From: Narcine bancroftii | Lineage: Eukaryota | DNA length: 64,000 bases | Direction: 5' to 3' | Assembly: GCF_036971445.1 (NCBI RefSeq) | Contig: NC_091477.1 | Location: 32,240,001-32,304,000, forward strand | In this document: in pieces, positions 14,901-27,407 of the stretch | Position numbering within the stretch: position 1 is the first letter of the stretch | Layout of the letters: every line of letters begins with the position of its first letter | The notes under the pieces: model-generated | What the model saw: the letters and a program-made list of their open reading frames with translations, nothing else | Database searches by the model: none | What the model was told of the DNA's origin: nothing | Translations under genes and position numbers: made by a program

Positions 14901-17900
14901 CCTATTGAGGGGGAAGAAAGAAGCACCTATTGAGGGGGAAGAAAGAAGCACCTATTGAGGGGGAAGAAAGAAGCACCTATTGAGGGGGAAGAAAGAAGCA
15001 CCTATTGAGGGGGAAGAAAGAAGCACCTATTGAGGGGGAAGAAAGAAGCACCTATTGAGGGGGAAGAAAGAAGCACCTATTGAGGGGGAAGAAAGAAGCA
15101 CCTATTGAGGGGGAAGAAAGAAGCACCTATTGAGGGGGAAGAAAGAAGCACCTATTGAGGGGGAAGAAAGAAGCACCTATTGAGGGGGAAGAAAGAAGCA
15201 CCTATTGAGGGGGAAGAAAGAAGCACCTATTGAGGGGGAAGAAAGAAGCACCTATTGAGGGGGAAGAAAGAAGCACCTATTGAGGGGGAAGAAAGAAGCA
15301 CCTATTGAGGGGGAAGAAAGAAGCACCTATTGAGGGGGAAGAAAGAAGCACCTATTGAGGGGGAAGAAAGAAGCACCTATTGAGGGGGAAGAAAGAAGCA
15401 CCTATTGAGGGGGAAGAAAGAAGCACCTATTGAGGGGGAAGAAAGAAGCACCTATTGAGGGGGAAGAAAGAAGCACCTATTGAGGGGGAAGAAAGAAGCA
15501 CCTATTGAGGGGGAAGAAAGAAGCACCTATTGAGGGGGAAGAAAGAAGCACCTATTGAGGGGGAAGAAAGAAGCACCTATTGAGGGGGAAGAAAGAAGCA
15601 CCTATTGAGGGGGAAGAAAGAAGCACCTATTGAGGGGGAAGAAAGAAGCACCTATTGAGGGGGAAGAAAGAAGCACCTATTGAGGGGGAAGAAAGAAGCA
15701 CCTATTGAGGGGGAAGAAAGAAGCACCTATTGAGGGGGAAGAAAGAAGCACCTATTGAGGGGGAAGAAAGAAGCACCTATTGAGGGGGAAGAAAGAAGCA
15801 CCTATTGAGGGGGAAGAAAGAAGCACCTATTGAGGGGGAAGAAAGAAGCACCTATTGAGGGGGAAGAAAGAAGCACCTATTGAGGGGGAAGAAAGAAGCA
15901 CCTATTGAGGGGGAAGAAAGAAGCACCTATTGAGGGGGAAGAAAGAAGCACCTATTGAGGGGGAAGAAAGAAGCACCTATTGAGGGGGAAGAATGAAGCA
16001 CCTATTGAGGGGGAAGAATGAAGCACCTATTGAGGGGGAAGAATGAAGCACCTATTGAGGGGGAAGAATGAAGCACCTATTGAGGGGGAAGAATGAAGCA
16101 CCTATTGAGGGGGAAGAATGAAGCACCTATTGAGGGGGAAGAATGAAGCACCTATTGAGGGGGAAGAATGAAGCACCTATTGAGGGGGAAGAATGAAGCA
16201 CCTATTGAGGGGGAAGAATGAAGCACCTATTGAGGGGGAAGAATGAAGCACCTATTGAGGGGGAAGAATGAAGCACCTATTGAGGGGGAAGAATGAAGCA
16301 CCTATTGAGGGGGAAGAATGAAGCACCTATTGAGGGGGAAGAATGAAGCACCTATTGAGGGGGAAGAATGAAGCACCTATTGAGGGGGAAGAATGAAGCA
16401 CCTATTGAGGGGGAAGAATGAAGCACCTATTGAGGGGGAAGAATGAAGCACCTATTGAGGGGGAAGAATGAAGCACCTATTGAGGGGGAAGAATGAAGCA
16501 CCTATTGAGGGGGAAGAATGAAGCACCTATTGAGGGGGAAGAATGAAGCACCTATTGAGGGGGAAGAATGAAGCACCTATTGAGGGGGAAGAATGAAGCA
16601 CCTATTGAGGGGGAAGAATGAAGCACCTATTGAGGGGGAAGAATGAAGCACCTATTGAGGGGGAAGAATGAAGCACCTATTGAGGGGGAAGAATGAAGCA
16701 CCTATTGAGGGGGAAGAATGAAGCACCTATTGAGGGGGAAGAATGAAGCACCTATTGAGGGGGAAGAATGAAGCACCTATTGAGGGGGAAGAATGAAGCA
16801 CCTATTGAGGGGGAAGAATGAAGCACCTATTGAGGGGGAAGAATGAAGCACCTATTGAGGGGGAAGAATGAAGCACCTATTGAGGGGGAAGAATGAAGCA
16901 CCTATTGAGGGGGAAGAATGAAGCACCTATTGAGGGGGAAGAATGAAGCACCTATTGAGGGGGAAGAATGAAGCACCTATTGAGGGGGAAGAATGAAGCA
17001 CCTATTGAGGGGGAAGAATGAAGCACCTATTGAGGGGGAAGAATGAAGCACCTATTGAGGGGGAAGAATGAAGCACCTATTGAGGGGGAAGAATGAAGCA
17101 CCTATTGAGGGGGAAGAATGAAGCACCTATTGAGGGGGAAGAATGAAGCACCTATTGAGGGGGAAGAATGAAGCACCTATTGAGGGGGAAGAATGAAGCA
17201 CCTATTGAGGGGGAAGAATGAAGCACCTATTGAGGGGGAAGAATGAAGCACCTATTGAGGGGGAAGAATGAAGCACCTATTGAGGGGGAAGAATGAAGCA
17301 CCTATTGAGGGGGAAGAATGAAGCACCTATTGAGGGGGAAGAATGAAGCACCTATTGAGGGGGAAGAATGAAGCACCTATTGAGGGGGAAGAATGAAGCA
17401 CCTATTGAGGGGGAAGAATGAAGCACCTATTGAGGGGGAAGAATGAAGCACCTATTGAGGGGGAAGAATGAAGCACCTATTGAGGGGGAAGAATGAAGCA
17501 CCTATTGAGGGGGAAGAATGAAGCACCTATTGAGGGGGAAGAATGAAGCACCTATTGAGGGGGAAGAATGAAGCACCTATTGAGGGGGAAGAATGAAGCA
17601 CCTATTGAGGGGGAAGAATGAAGCACCTATTGAGGGGGAAGAATGAAGCACCTATTGAGGGGGAAGAATGAAGCACCTATTGAGGGGGAAGAATGAAGCA
17701 CCTATTGAGGGGGAAGAATGAAGCACCTATTGAGGGGGAAGAATGAAGCACCTATTGAGGGGGAAGAATGAAGCACCTATTGAGGGGGAAGAATGAAGCA
17801 CCTATTGAGGGGGAAGAATGAAGCACCTATTGAGGGGGAAGAATGAAGCACCTATTGAGGGGGAAGAATGAAGCACCTATTGAGGGGGAAGAATGAAGCA

Positions 17901-20900
17901 CCTATTGAGGGGGAAGAATGAAGCACCTATTGAGGGGGAAGAATGAAGCACCTATTGAGGGGGAAGAATGAAGCACCTATTGAGGGGGAAGAATGAAGCA
18001 CCTATTGAGGGGGAAGAATGAAGCACCTATTGAGGGGGAAGAATGAAGCACCTATTGAGGGGGAAGAATGAAGCACCTATTGAGGGGGAAGAATGAAGCA
18101 CCTATTGAGGGGGAAGAATGAAGCACCTATTGAGGGGGAAGAATGAAGCACCTATTGAGGGGGAAGAATGAAGCACCTATTGAGGGGGAAGAATGAAGCA
18201 CCTATTGAGGGGGAAGAATGAAGCACCTATTGAGGGGGAAGAATGAAGCACCTATTGAGGGGGAAGAATGAAGCACCTATTGAGGGGGAAGAATGAAGCA
18301 CCTATTGAGGGGGAAGAATGAAGCACCTATTGAGGGGGAAGAATGAAGCACCTATTGAGGGGGAAGAATGAAGCACCTATTGAGGGGGAAGAATGAAGCA
18401 CCTATTGAGGGGGAAGAATGAAGCACCTATTGAGGGGGAAGAATGAAGCACCTATTGAGGGGGAAGAATGAAGCACCTATTGAGGGGGAAGAATGAAGCA
18501 CCTATTGAGGGGGAAGAATGAAGCACCTATTGAGGGGGAAGAATGAAGCACCTATTGAGGGGGAAGAAAGAAGCACCTATTGAGGGGGAAGAAAGAAGCA
18601 CCTATTGAGGGGGAAGAAAGAAGCACCTATTGAGGGGGAAGAAAGAAGCACCTATTGAGGGGGAAGAAAGAAGCACCTATTGAGGGGGAAGAAAGAAGCA
18701 CCTATTGAGGGGGAAGAAAGAAGCACCTATTGAGGGGGAAGAAAGAAGCACCTATTGAGGGGGAAGAAAGAAGCACCTATTGAGGGGGAAGAAAGAAGCA
18801 CCTATTGAGGGGGAAGAAAGAAGCACCTATTGAGGGGGAAGAAAGAAGCACCTATTGAGGGGGAAGAAAGAAGCACCTATTGAGGGGGAAGAAAGAAGCA
18901 CCTATTGAGGGGGAAGAAAGAAGCACCTATTGAGGGGGAAGAAAGAAGCACCTATTGAGGGGGAAGAAAGAAGCACCTATTGAGGGGGAAGAAAGAAGCA
19001 CCTATTGAGGGGGAAGAAAGAAGCACCTATTGAGGGGGAAGAAAGAAGCACCTATTGAGGGGGAAGAAAGAAGCACCTATTGAGGGGGAAGAAAGAAGCA
19101 CCTATTGAGGGGGAAGAAAGAAGCACCTATTGAGGGGGAAGAAAGAAGCACCTATTGAGGGGGAAGAAAGAAGCACCTATTGAGGGGGAAGAAAGAAGCA
19201 CCTATTGAGGGGGAAGAAAGAAGCACCTATTGAGGGGGAAGAAAGAAGCACCTATTGAGGGGGAAGAAAGAAGCACCTATTGAGGGGGAAGAAAGAAGCA
19301 CCTATTGAGGGGGAAGAAAGAAGCACCTATTGAGGGGGAAGAAAGAAGCACCTATTGAGGGGGAAGAAAGAAGCACCTATTGAGGGGGAAGAAAGAAGCA
19401 CCTATTGAGGGGGAAGAAAGAAGCACCTATTGAGGGGGAAGAAAGAAGCACCTATTGAGGGGGAAGAAAGAAGCACCTATTGAGGGGGAAGAAAGAAGCA
19501 CCTATTGAGGGGGAAGAAAGAAGCACCTATTGAGGGGGAAGAAAGAAGCACCTATTGAGGGGGAAGAAAGAAGCACCTATATAGGATGCAGGAAATGCTC
19601 ATGAAAAATACCTAGTTGCCAGGAAGGATATTAAGAAAGGACTTCGGAGAGCTTGAAGGGGGCATGAGAATCCTTGGCATGTAGGATTAAGAAAAATCCC
19701 CAAGGCGTTCTATACATGTGTGAAGAAGAAAAGGATAAGAAGGAGGGTGTGGCGGCTAAAGGAGTTGAAATATGCGGTTGGTGAGGTCCTAAATGAATAC
19801 TTTGCTTCAGTGTTCACTCAAAAAAAAAAATAAAGGACCTTGATCTGGATGAGGTTGAAAATGGAACAGGCCCATGTGCTGGACAATGTGGAGATTAAGG
19901 AAAAGGAAGTGTTGGATCTTCTTAAAAACAAGATTGACAAGTCCCCATTGCCGGATGCAATATACCCCAGATTGCTGTAAGAGATAGTAGCAATGATCTT
20001 CGAATCTTCTTTGGCCACAGGTGAAGAGACGGAGGATTGGAAAATGGCAAATGTAGTCCCTTGTTTAAAAATGGTAATAGGTAGAATCCTGGGAATCATA
20101 GAGTGGGGAGTCTAATGTCTGTGGGGTGCAAACTATAGGAGAGGATTCTTAAGGATAGGATCTATGAGCATCTTGAGATGTAGTCTACTGAAGGATAGTC
20201 AGCATGTCTTTATGAAAGAAGGGTCATGCCTATGAAGCCTAATTGAGTTATTTTGAGGCAGCAACAAAAGAAATTGATGAGAGTAGGGAAGTACATGTGG
20301 TCTACATGGATTATTGCAAGGTAATTAACAAGGTCCTCCACGAGAGACTCATCCAGAAAGTCATGAAACCTTCACTGTACAGATTTTTTTTTTTTTTTAT
20401 AAATTGGCTTACATGTAGAAAACAGAGAGCGGTCGTAGATGGAAAGTTATTCTTCCTGGAGTTCATCGACTACTGGAGTATCTCAGGGATCTCTTCTGGG
20501 ACTCCTGCTCTTTGTGATTTTATAAATAAATAAATGATGGGTCAATAAGTTTGTGATGGCACAAAGGTTGGAGGAGTTGTGGATGGAGCTGAACGTTGTT
20601 GAAGTTTGCAAGAGAATAGAGACAGGATGCAGAGATGGCAGATGGATTTCAAGCCAGACAAATTTGAGGTGATGCATTTTGGCAGGACTAACCATAAGAT
20701 GGAGTAACAGGGTTAATGGTCGATTACTTAAGACTGTGGCTGAACAGAGTGACCCTGGGGCGCAAATCCATACATCCCTCAAGGTCGCCACACAGCTTGA
20801 TAGGATAGGCAAGAAGGCCTATAAGATGCTGGGCTTCATTAATAAGAGTATTTGGGTTCAGGAGCAAAGAGGTCATCTTGTGACTGCACAAATCTCTAGT

Positions 20901-22165
20901 GAGACCACACTTGGAATATTGTGTTCAGTTCTGGTCACCTCATTATAGGAAGGATGTGGAAGCCATGGAGAGGGTGCAGAAGAGATTTACCTGGATTGGA
21001 AAACCAATTTTGTGAGGAAAGTTTAGTAGAGAAGGGACGTAGAAGAATGAGAGGCGACTTAGAGGCCTATGAGAGGCAGAGATAAGGTTGGCAGCCAGTG
21101 CCAGTTTCCCAGGGGAAGAATGGCAAACACATGTACAAAGTGAAGGGAGGGAAGTTTAGGAGAGACAGCACATGAACACTTGTGGGTGCTTGGAATGCCT
21201 TGCAGTGATGGTGATGGAGGGTGAAACATTGAGGACATTTAAGGTCCATGGATGAAGAAAAAAAGAGGGTTATGGATAGGGTGGGCTTAATTTTGTTTTT
21301 GGGGGAATATATGGGTTGGCACAACATTGCTGTAGTGTTCTAAACAGGAAACAACTTAGAATTTGAGACACAATCCACAAACTATTATGTTCACGAAATA
21401 ATAAAATGCCATGAATTTAAATTGACAGAAAAAAAAACAGTTCTACGGGATATAAATGCGTATGCATTTATTTGGACGTGACTGAATTAATTTAGTCTTC
21501 CCGCTGATATGGCCTTCCCTGAAATTATTTAAATCTTTCATTTCTTTCAACCCCCCCCACCACCACCACTCTTCGCAAATTCAAACAAGGCGGTATTTGC
21601 AACACAAATCCAGTCCCGCAGCCTCAACACAAATCACGAGGTCGGAAGACAAGAATGGGACTTTCTTTACTCGAACCATTGCCTTGCAGATTCATACCAT
21701 CTCGCCTTTCCAAAGAAAGGGATTATATAAAAAAAGTACTTTGCGATCACATTTTGAATTCGGCTGAACTTTACGCGAAAATTAAAACGCATTTCGAGCT
21801 ACTTTACAACATGAAATGTTGCATTCAAATATCCAGTTCGCGTCGGGCTCAGGTGCAGGGCAAAACAGGCAGCTGATTCAACCCACGACCAAACGTCTTC
21901 ATTAAAAAATCTCTGTGAAAGAGCAAATATCAAAAACTGCGCTAGAAAGTTACATTTTCTAACGAGAAACTATTTCTCCAATGTGCTTATCTCCAGCCAG
22001 AATGCAACATGGTCCAACAAATTAAATAAAGAAAGCTACGTCAACCACTTTCTCAGCTCTTTATAAAATTCCAAGCTGTTTTTTTTCCATCTCACGCCCA
22101 CCGACTTGCAATTTTTATTTCTTTTCTCCATTCCCAAACTCACTTACCGGCTGTGCTACCGCCAT
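2836..22165 (-). CDS. eif4e1b: Eukaryotic translation initiation factor 4E family member 1B, 7 coding exons, 213 aa, apparently intact. Exons: 22148-22165, 12004-12098, 10925-11020, 7863-7926, 7126-7239, 5903-6042, 2836-2950
   Basis: Manual splicing gives MAVAQP|[32 protein letters not shown]|[32 protein letters not shown]|[21 protein letters not shown]|[38 protein letters not shown]|[47 protein letters not shown]|[37 protein letters not shown]. All introns are GT-AG with compatible phases, total 642 nt. The 1B call rests on [12 protein letters not shown], QQRxxELD, the basic N-terminus and the head-to-head position with beta-synuclein. Confidence 0.9.
3300..4040 (+). mobile_element. Penelope-like element remnant (GIY-YIG region and pyrimidine-rich tail)
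   Basis: [12 protein letters not shown] / [15 protein letters not shown]-like decayed motifs; related pieces at 23880-24200, 40640-41240 and 49550-49975. Confidence 0.5.
5903..6042 (-). CDS. eif4e1b: eif4e1b exon 6 (140 nt), [12 protein letters not shown]...VLHIG
   Basis: ttttgttag acceptor, gtaagt donor; conserved [13 protein letters not shown] cap-binding motif. Confidence 0.95.
7126..7239 (-). CDS. eif4e1b: eif4e1b exon 5 (114 nt), [13 protein letters not shown]...FWLET
   Basis: cttctgtag acceptor, gtgagt donor; W102/E103-equivalent cap-binding residues present. Confidence 0.95.
7863..7926 (-). CDS. eif4e1b: eif4e1b exon 4 (64 nt), [21 protein letters not shown]
   Basis: tttcattag acceptor, gtcagc donor; canonical eIF4E exon sequence. 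Confidence 0.93.
8557..9520 (+). mobile_element. CR1 LINE 3' fragment
   Basis: Decayed RT/3' region similar to the younger copy at 62193-62870. Confidence 0.75.
10330..10556 (-). mobile_element. tRNA-derived SINE
   Basis: Minus-strand head ggtgtagtggttagtgc...ggttcgaatcc (A/B boxes) followed by a SINE body; a second copy lies at 42920-43144. Confidence 0.7.
10925..11020 (-). CDS. eif4e1b: eif4e1b exon 3 (96 nt), [15 protein letters not shown]...VEDFWA
   Basis: aatacag acceptor, gtatgt donor; W43/W46/W56/W73 equivalents present. Confidence 0.95.
12004..12098 (-). CDS. eif4e1b: eif4e1b exon 2 (95 nt), VHMKIQ...KHPLQNR
   Basis: Ends in the conserved KHPLQNR with a gtaata donor; acceptor atttttaag; open in phase 0. 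Confidence 0.85.
12829..21342 (+). mobile_element. Degenerate long CR1-type LINE (endonuclease + RT + 3' end) interrupted by the minisatellite
   Basis: Endonuclease motifs ([28 protein letters not shown]) before the array; RT motifs ([25 protein letters not shown]-like) after it; many frameshifts. Confidence 0.85.
13852..19580 (+). repeat. Minisatellite, 229 x 25 bp (CTATTGAGGGGGAAGAA[A/T]GAAGCAC) in three homogeneous blocks
   Basis: Exact 25-bp period; variable base is A in 85 copies (to about 15990), T in 103 copies (15994-18544), A in 41 copies. Confidence 0.98.
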
Positions 22166-22920
22166 ACTGAGGTATGAAGCGTCCAAACCATCTAATCAAT
22201 CTCCATTTAAGGAGTTAATTGATCGTTGTTCGAGATCCTGTGCCAACCAGATTGGTTATTTGGACCGATACAAACCTCAAACTGCACAATAAATAAGTCA
22301 CGGTAAATATTCAGAAGTTTTATTTTATTTCCGCGTTTTAGGGGAAATCCAAGTCCGAAGTGGAGTTTTCTCGTTGTTTTGCAATGTATTTTTAAAACAT
22401 CTTTTTGAAGTTAGCTCACACAAATTCTTTCCAAACTGTCAAGAAATTGCAACGACATGAGCTGTTAAAAGGGGGCTGAGCAAGAGTTCAGACAATAAAG
22501 GTTAACCATTTTCTTCCAAATACAAAATTTGATTTAATCGTGCACGCTGCGTTCATAACCGATTTTACTTCAATTGTATGACCAATGTTTAAATGTACAG
22601 TATGATGTTATTCACGCTGATTGCCATGTGCCATGCTGATGTACATTAGAAGAATGTACATCCTTTAACAAGCAGCGGTAATTGAACATCAGTTTTGTTC
22701 ATGTAGCATCATTTCCTTAACTCGGTGTGGCGGATACATATTCAGAGAACATGCATCCCCGACCAAGCCAGACAGAAATGCATGCACACACTACCGATCA
22801 CTTGGCGATAGCTTGGAGATCCATTTCTACCACGTGTTAATAGGGAAAAATACAAATATTGAACAAATTCGGGCGACCAAGCAGGATCTGTGAACTGAGC
22901 TTCCAACCCTCGAATTACCT
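21450..22920. promoter_or_regulatory. CpG-enriched promoter/first-exon region of eif4e1b
   Basis: CG dinucleotides are visibly denser than in flanking DNA, around the exon 1 ATG. Confidence 0.5.
22148..22165 (-). CDS. eif4e1b: eif4e1b exon 1 coding part, MAVAQP
   Basis: agtATGG Kozak context, 18 nt, then a strong CCG|GTAAGT donor; parallels MATVEP| of eIF4E; lies in a CpG-enriched region. Confidence 0.8.
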
Positions 22921-23269
22921 TTAATGTCTGCCTCCAAGTCATTTCAGATTTATTGTCGGAGTACATACATGCCATCACAGGTGGTGGTGATGACTGGTAC
23001 CATCAAGATATTTAAAAGATTCTTATATAGGCACATGAATGTAAGAAATGTGAGGGAAGAAAGGGTTAGACTGATGTGGAGTAGCTTTATATTGATCAGA
23101 ACAACATCATGGGTTGAAGGGACTGTACTGTATTATTCAGTGTTCTTCCAAGATGACTGTCATTTCAACTACACTCAATGCAACATAGTGCCTAATGGAT
23201 CAAGCCCCAGATCCTGTTCTAAGTTCTGTAACTCTCCACCAACAGCGAAGTTCACAGCTCTCACAATCA

Positions 23270-23875
23270 GGATCAGGTTTATTGTCATGAACATGTGTTG
23301 TGAAATGTGTTGTTTTGTGGCAGCAGTATTGTGCATTACAGGTGCAAAATGGTTATAAATTACCTTTCAGTAAATTCAATAAATAAACAATTCGTGCAAT
23401 AAAGAGAAAAAAAGAAGTGAGGTAGTATCTGTGGTTCATTGTCCTGAAATCCGATGGTGGATGGGAAGAAGTTGTTTTTGAAATGTTAGGTGTTCATCTT
23501 CAGGCGCATCTACTTCCTTCCTGATGGTAGCAGTGTGTGGCGAGGGTCCTTGAGGATAGTGGTTGCTTTCTCATGACATCACCTTTTGTAGATTTCCTTG
23601 ATGGAGTGGGGTCTGATGCCTGTGATACTACATGACAAGTTCCCAGCCCTCTGTAGCCTTTTCTGTCCTATGGGCAAACAGTGGTGCAACCAGTCTGAAT
23701 GCTCTCCACAGTACACCTGTAGAAGTTTGCAACTTTTAGGTGACATACCAAATCTCCTCACACACCTCATGGAATATAGCTGCTGGCGTGCCTTCTTCAT
23801 GATTGCATCAACAGAATAGATCTTCAGAGATGTAGGGACCCAGGAATTTGTTCTTTACCCTCTCCACTGCTGCTA
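23270..23875 (-). mobile_element. Rex/Babar-like LINE 3' fragment
   Basis: ORF 23579-23800 [21 protein letters not shown]; similar to 35025-35700 and 45050-45910. Confidence 0.7.
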
Positions 23876-25316
23876 TCTCAAACTCCTTTTAGTTCGTAGC
23901 TTTCTGATAATTTTGTTTGCCTTTTCTTTCTCCTCCCCTTTCCTGTCTTTCCAGTTCTCCCCTCCCTTCCCCTTTACCCACCCAGCCATCCCTCTACCCC
24001 CTCATTGCCGCTGTCCCCTCGCTCCTTTCTGCCACCCCCATTTTTTTTGGATGCCTGCCATCATTCTCCCATTCCTTGATGAAGAGCTTAAGCCCAAAAT
24101 GTCGGTTATATATTTTTACCTTTGGTACATAAAGGACACAATTTGCCCTACTGAGCTTCTTCAGAATTTTGTGTTTTTACTTCAACCATGTCTACAGATT
24201 TTCATGGTTCCTAGGTTATTTGGCCACCGTAAATTGCTCCAAATGTGTAGGTAGGAGAATCAGGATGTTCTATATGGCCATGAGTGAGTGAATGGACTAT
24301 GGGCAAACATGCAGAGCAATGGAATTGATGTAATTGCTCTGAGAGTCAATATAGACTCAATGGGCCACATATATAACTCTCACATAAGGAAATATATAAA
24401 ACATTGTTGGTAGAGAGTTACAGAACTTAGACCCAGCAGGATCTCGGGCTTGATCCATTAGGCACTATGATGCATTAGGCACTAAATTGCAGTCATCCAG
24501 GAAGAACACTGAAAAGCTAGTCCACATCAGTCTAACCCTTTCCTCCCTCACGTTCTTACTACCGCCATTTTCTTACATTCATGAACCTATATAAGAGTCT
24601 TTTAAATGTCTTGATGGTACCAGTCATCACCACTAACCCAGCAATGTGTTCCAGGCCTGTGTAAAAAAAACTACCTCTGATGTCTCCTTTAATTGCTCCT
24701 CCATCCTAACCCGAAAGCTGGTCATCCGGTATCGTCATTACCGATTTTGAGGGGACCTATTCCCTGGTAAAGGAAAAGGGGGGACCCTTTTACTTGGTAA
24801 AGAATATTGATACTGTAAAGAGAGTCAAGGATCAATTCATAGAAGATAAATACAGATAAAATATAGATAAATAAATGCTGATAACTGAAACCAACTTATG
24901 TTCCAAATTTATTAGATGTATTTTGTGGTGGCCACACACATAAATAAAAATATATCTTTTCCCACTCTTCTCATGCCCGCCACAACGCTCGACGTACATG
25001 TACATCATGACAGAACAAGTGATCATGTCTTCCTTGCTATCAAGTGGTAGCATGACAGAGCCTGTCTTCCCCCATCAGTTTCTGTGTGCTCATATATTTG
25101 TTGTGTTGTGTAACTGGTTAATCAATGGATATCTACATTGAGCCTGTGTAGCACTCACACACATATATCTCTTTATTACATTTCAAGAAACTTGGCTTTG
25201 ACAGCAGATAAATGCGGTCACTTTGAGTCATCGGGCCTGTGAGTGGTTTCAATGCTTGTTGATAATAGATACATTATTATGTTTTATATGTCTCATTATT
25301 AGCTTTGTGGTTTAGT

Positions 25317-25698
25317 GCTGTCTTTTGCATTTTATACACTCTTGTTTTTATTTTTGTTAACTGTTAATGCAAAGTACTTTTTTATGCTAATATATTTCAT
25401 AAGTTTGTGAAAATCTTCTCAGTCAGTAATTTTGCTACCACCTACTGACCAATACATTTACAATATTCCTAGCAATATTTTAATTTTAACCAATGTTAAA
25501 CAAGTAAAGGAACAACAAAAATGACACAATTACATTGATTCTTGTTTTATTGGTTAATATTGAAATATTGCTACCAATATTATACAATCTATTGGTCAGT
25601 GGGTGGAAGCAAAATTACTGACCCAGAAGATTTTCACAATGAAAAAAAAATGAAAATGATGCAACAAAGATAAAGTGTGCAAAATTGCAAGAAGAAGC
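25317..25698. repeat. Long imperfect inverted repeat (palindrome)
   Basis: 25404-25503 is the reverse complement of 25541-25639 with mismatches; outer arms at 25317-25343 and 25672-25698. Confidence 0.8.
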
Positions 25699-27407
25699 GG
25701 TCAAAAAGTCCAAATCAATTACCGACTTCCTAGCTAGACATCACCATCAATGTGAATCAGAGAATGGCCACGTTGATCTTGATAACTAGGCTTTTGGACC
25801 AGAACCAGCTACAGATACTCCCAAAGAAACTGACGATAAACTGATAGAGCAAATAGTGGAACCACAATTGCCAAATTAAGCTGATGCTGATAATAATGAA
25901 AAAGGATCCACAGGTGGAAAAGCCTCCGGCTCACAAATCGGCATTGGACTTATTGATAAGAGGAATAGAATTGACACCGGATCATTTCAAAAATTCAGGA
26001 CTTTGAAGTACCAACTGATGTTTACAAAGATTAGGTTAATCACTCATTTCCAACTCGCCTTTTTACAGTTACACTGACAAATGAAGAGAAATATAAATGA
26101 GACTAGCTGTGTGCCCAGTGACATATCGAAGGAAAATAGAACCTATGGCAAACACTGAAAATGCTCCCTCCCCCCACCCTGTTAAAACTTACTTACACAT
26201 ATGTGCACAATTTATAGCGAGTGTGGGAAAATCACACCTGCAATTAAGTGTACAATTTATTGATGAACGTGGGAAAATCGCAGTGAAGATGAAATACACA
26301 CGTGCGCACATAAACACACACACACACACACACACAACAAAATGGGTATATACAAGAATCAAGAAAAACCAATACAATACCAGCCAGCCCTTGACCCAGT
26401 GCAGACAAGGCTTTATGCTACTAGTACTCGGGACACTAATTAAATGTTCCCAACCCTTTAACAGTGCACATCTTGCCAACAATTTCTCCAGTGCCATTCC
26501 ATGTTTCTAAGCCTGGAGTGAAGCAGGGTGGTCCCAAGATGGCAAAGAGGGCAATTCAAGTATATCCTGTGCCCTTTATAGTACTAAAAGGCTGCATTGA
26601 GAGGTTGGACCCAGCCCAGGTCATTTTCAAGAGACCAGTGGCTTGGTACCATCAAGGTTAAGCCAATTACAAAGGGCAATGGCCTAAGGCCAAATACAAA
26701 GGGATTTAAATTGGCCAAAGGCAAGGTATGCACTACTCCCACATCAAGTTTGTGTTTTGACATTGTCTGTATGAACAGTCACCACCAACCAGTTCATCCC
26801 AAAATCTGTCTGTAAACCTCAGTGACATAGGCATTTGGCACAACAATTTAATTATGAGAACTTCACAGGCATTTGACTTTTCCCAAGATGCTTCTTGCCA
26901 ACCATATACAATGGTTGCCATCTCTCCATTTGTAATGGCTAAGTTTTGTCACTAACCCTGTATTTCAAGCTGACCAAAAAAACCGTTGTACTTAAAACAT
27001 TGGGTAAAAGTATGTCCAAAAACTAATTACGTTATTTGATGGTCACCTTGATGAACACCTCAAGCTTGAAAGGTTGGTCTTGTATCTTATCTTTGCTATG
27101 TAAATAACGTTGTTTGACCTGCTGAGTTTCTTCAGCATTGTGTTTATACTACGTTATTTAAAACTATTTACATTTCCAGGAGTTGTTATTCTCAAGGAAG
27201 ACATGCTTAAAAGTAGGTTCATGATTCAAGTTTTGCACCTGAACAAACTAACAGACTTTTTTAAGGTAATTCGTCAACCCCATACATATTCTTTTCTTTT
27301 CATGGCAGACTCTGCAGTTGGTGATGAATCTTGCTCCAAGTTGCTGGGAGTGGTAATATAAATCAGTGTTGACTGATTAATTTCATAGCCAATCTGACCA
27401 AGCTATT

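Noticed and set aside
13852-19580. CRISPR-like or coding repeat
   Set aside because: No unique spacers, eukaryotic context, and no long ORF through the array
26335-26920. Possible decayed envelope/glycoprotein-like remnant on the minus strand (Cys-rich, then hydrophobic ALSALGQGLAGIVLVF)
   Set aside because: Multiple stops and no diagnostic motif recognised; needs a profile search
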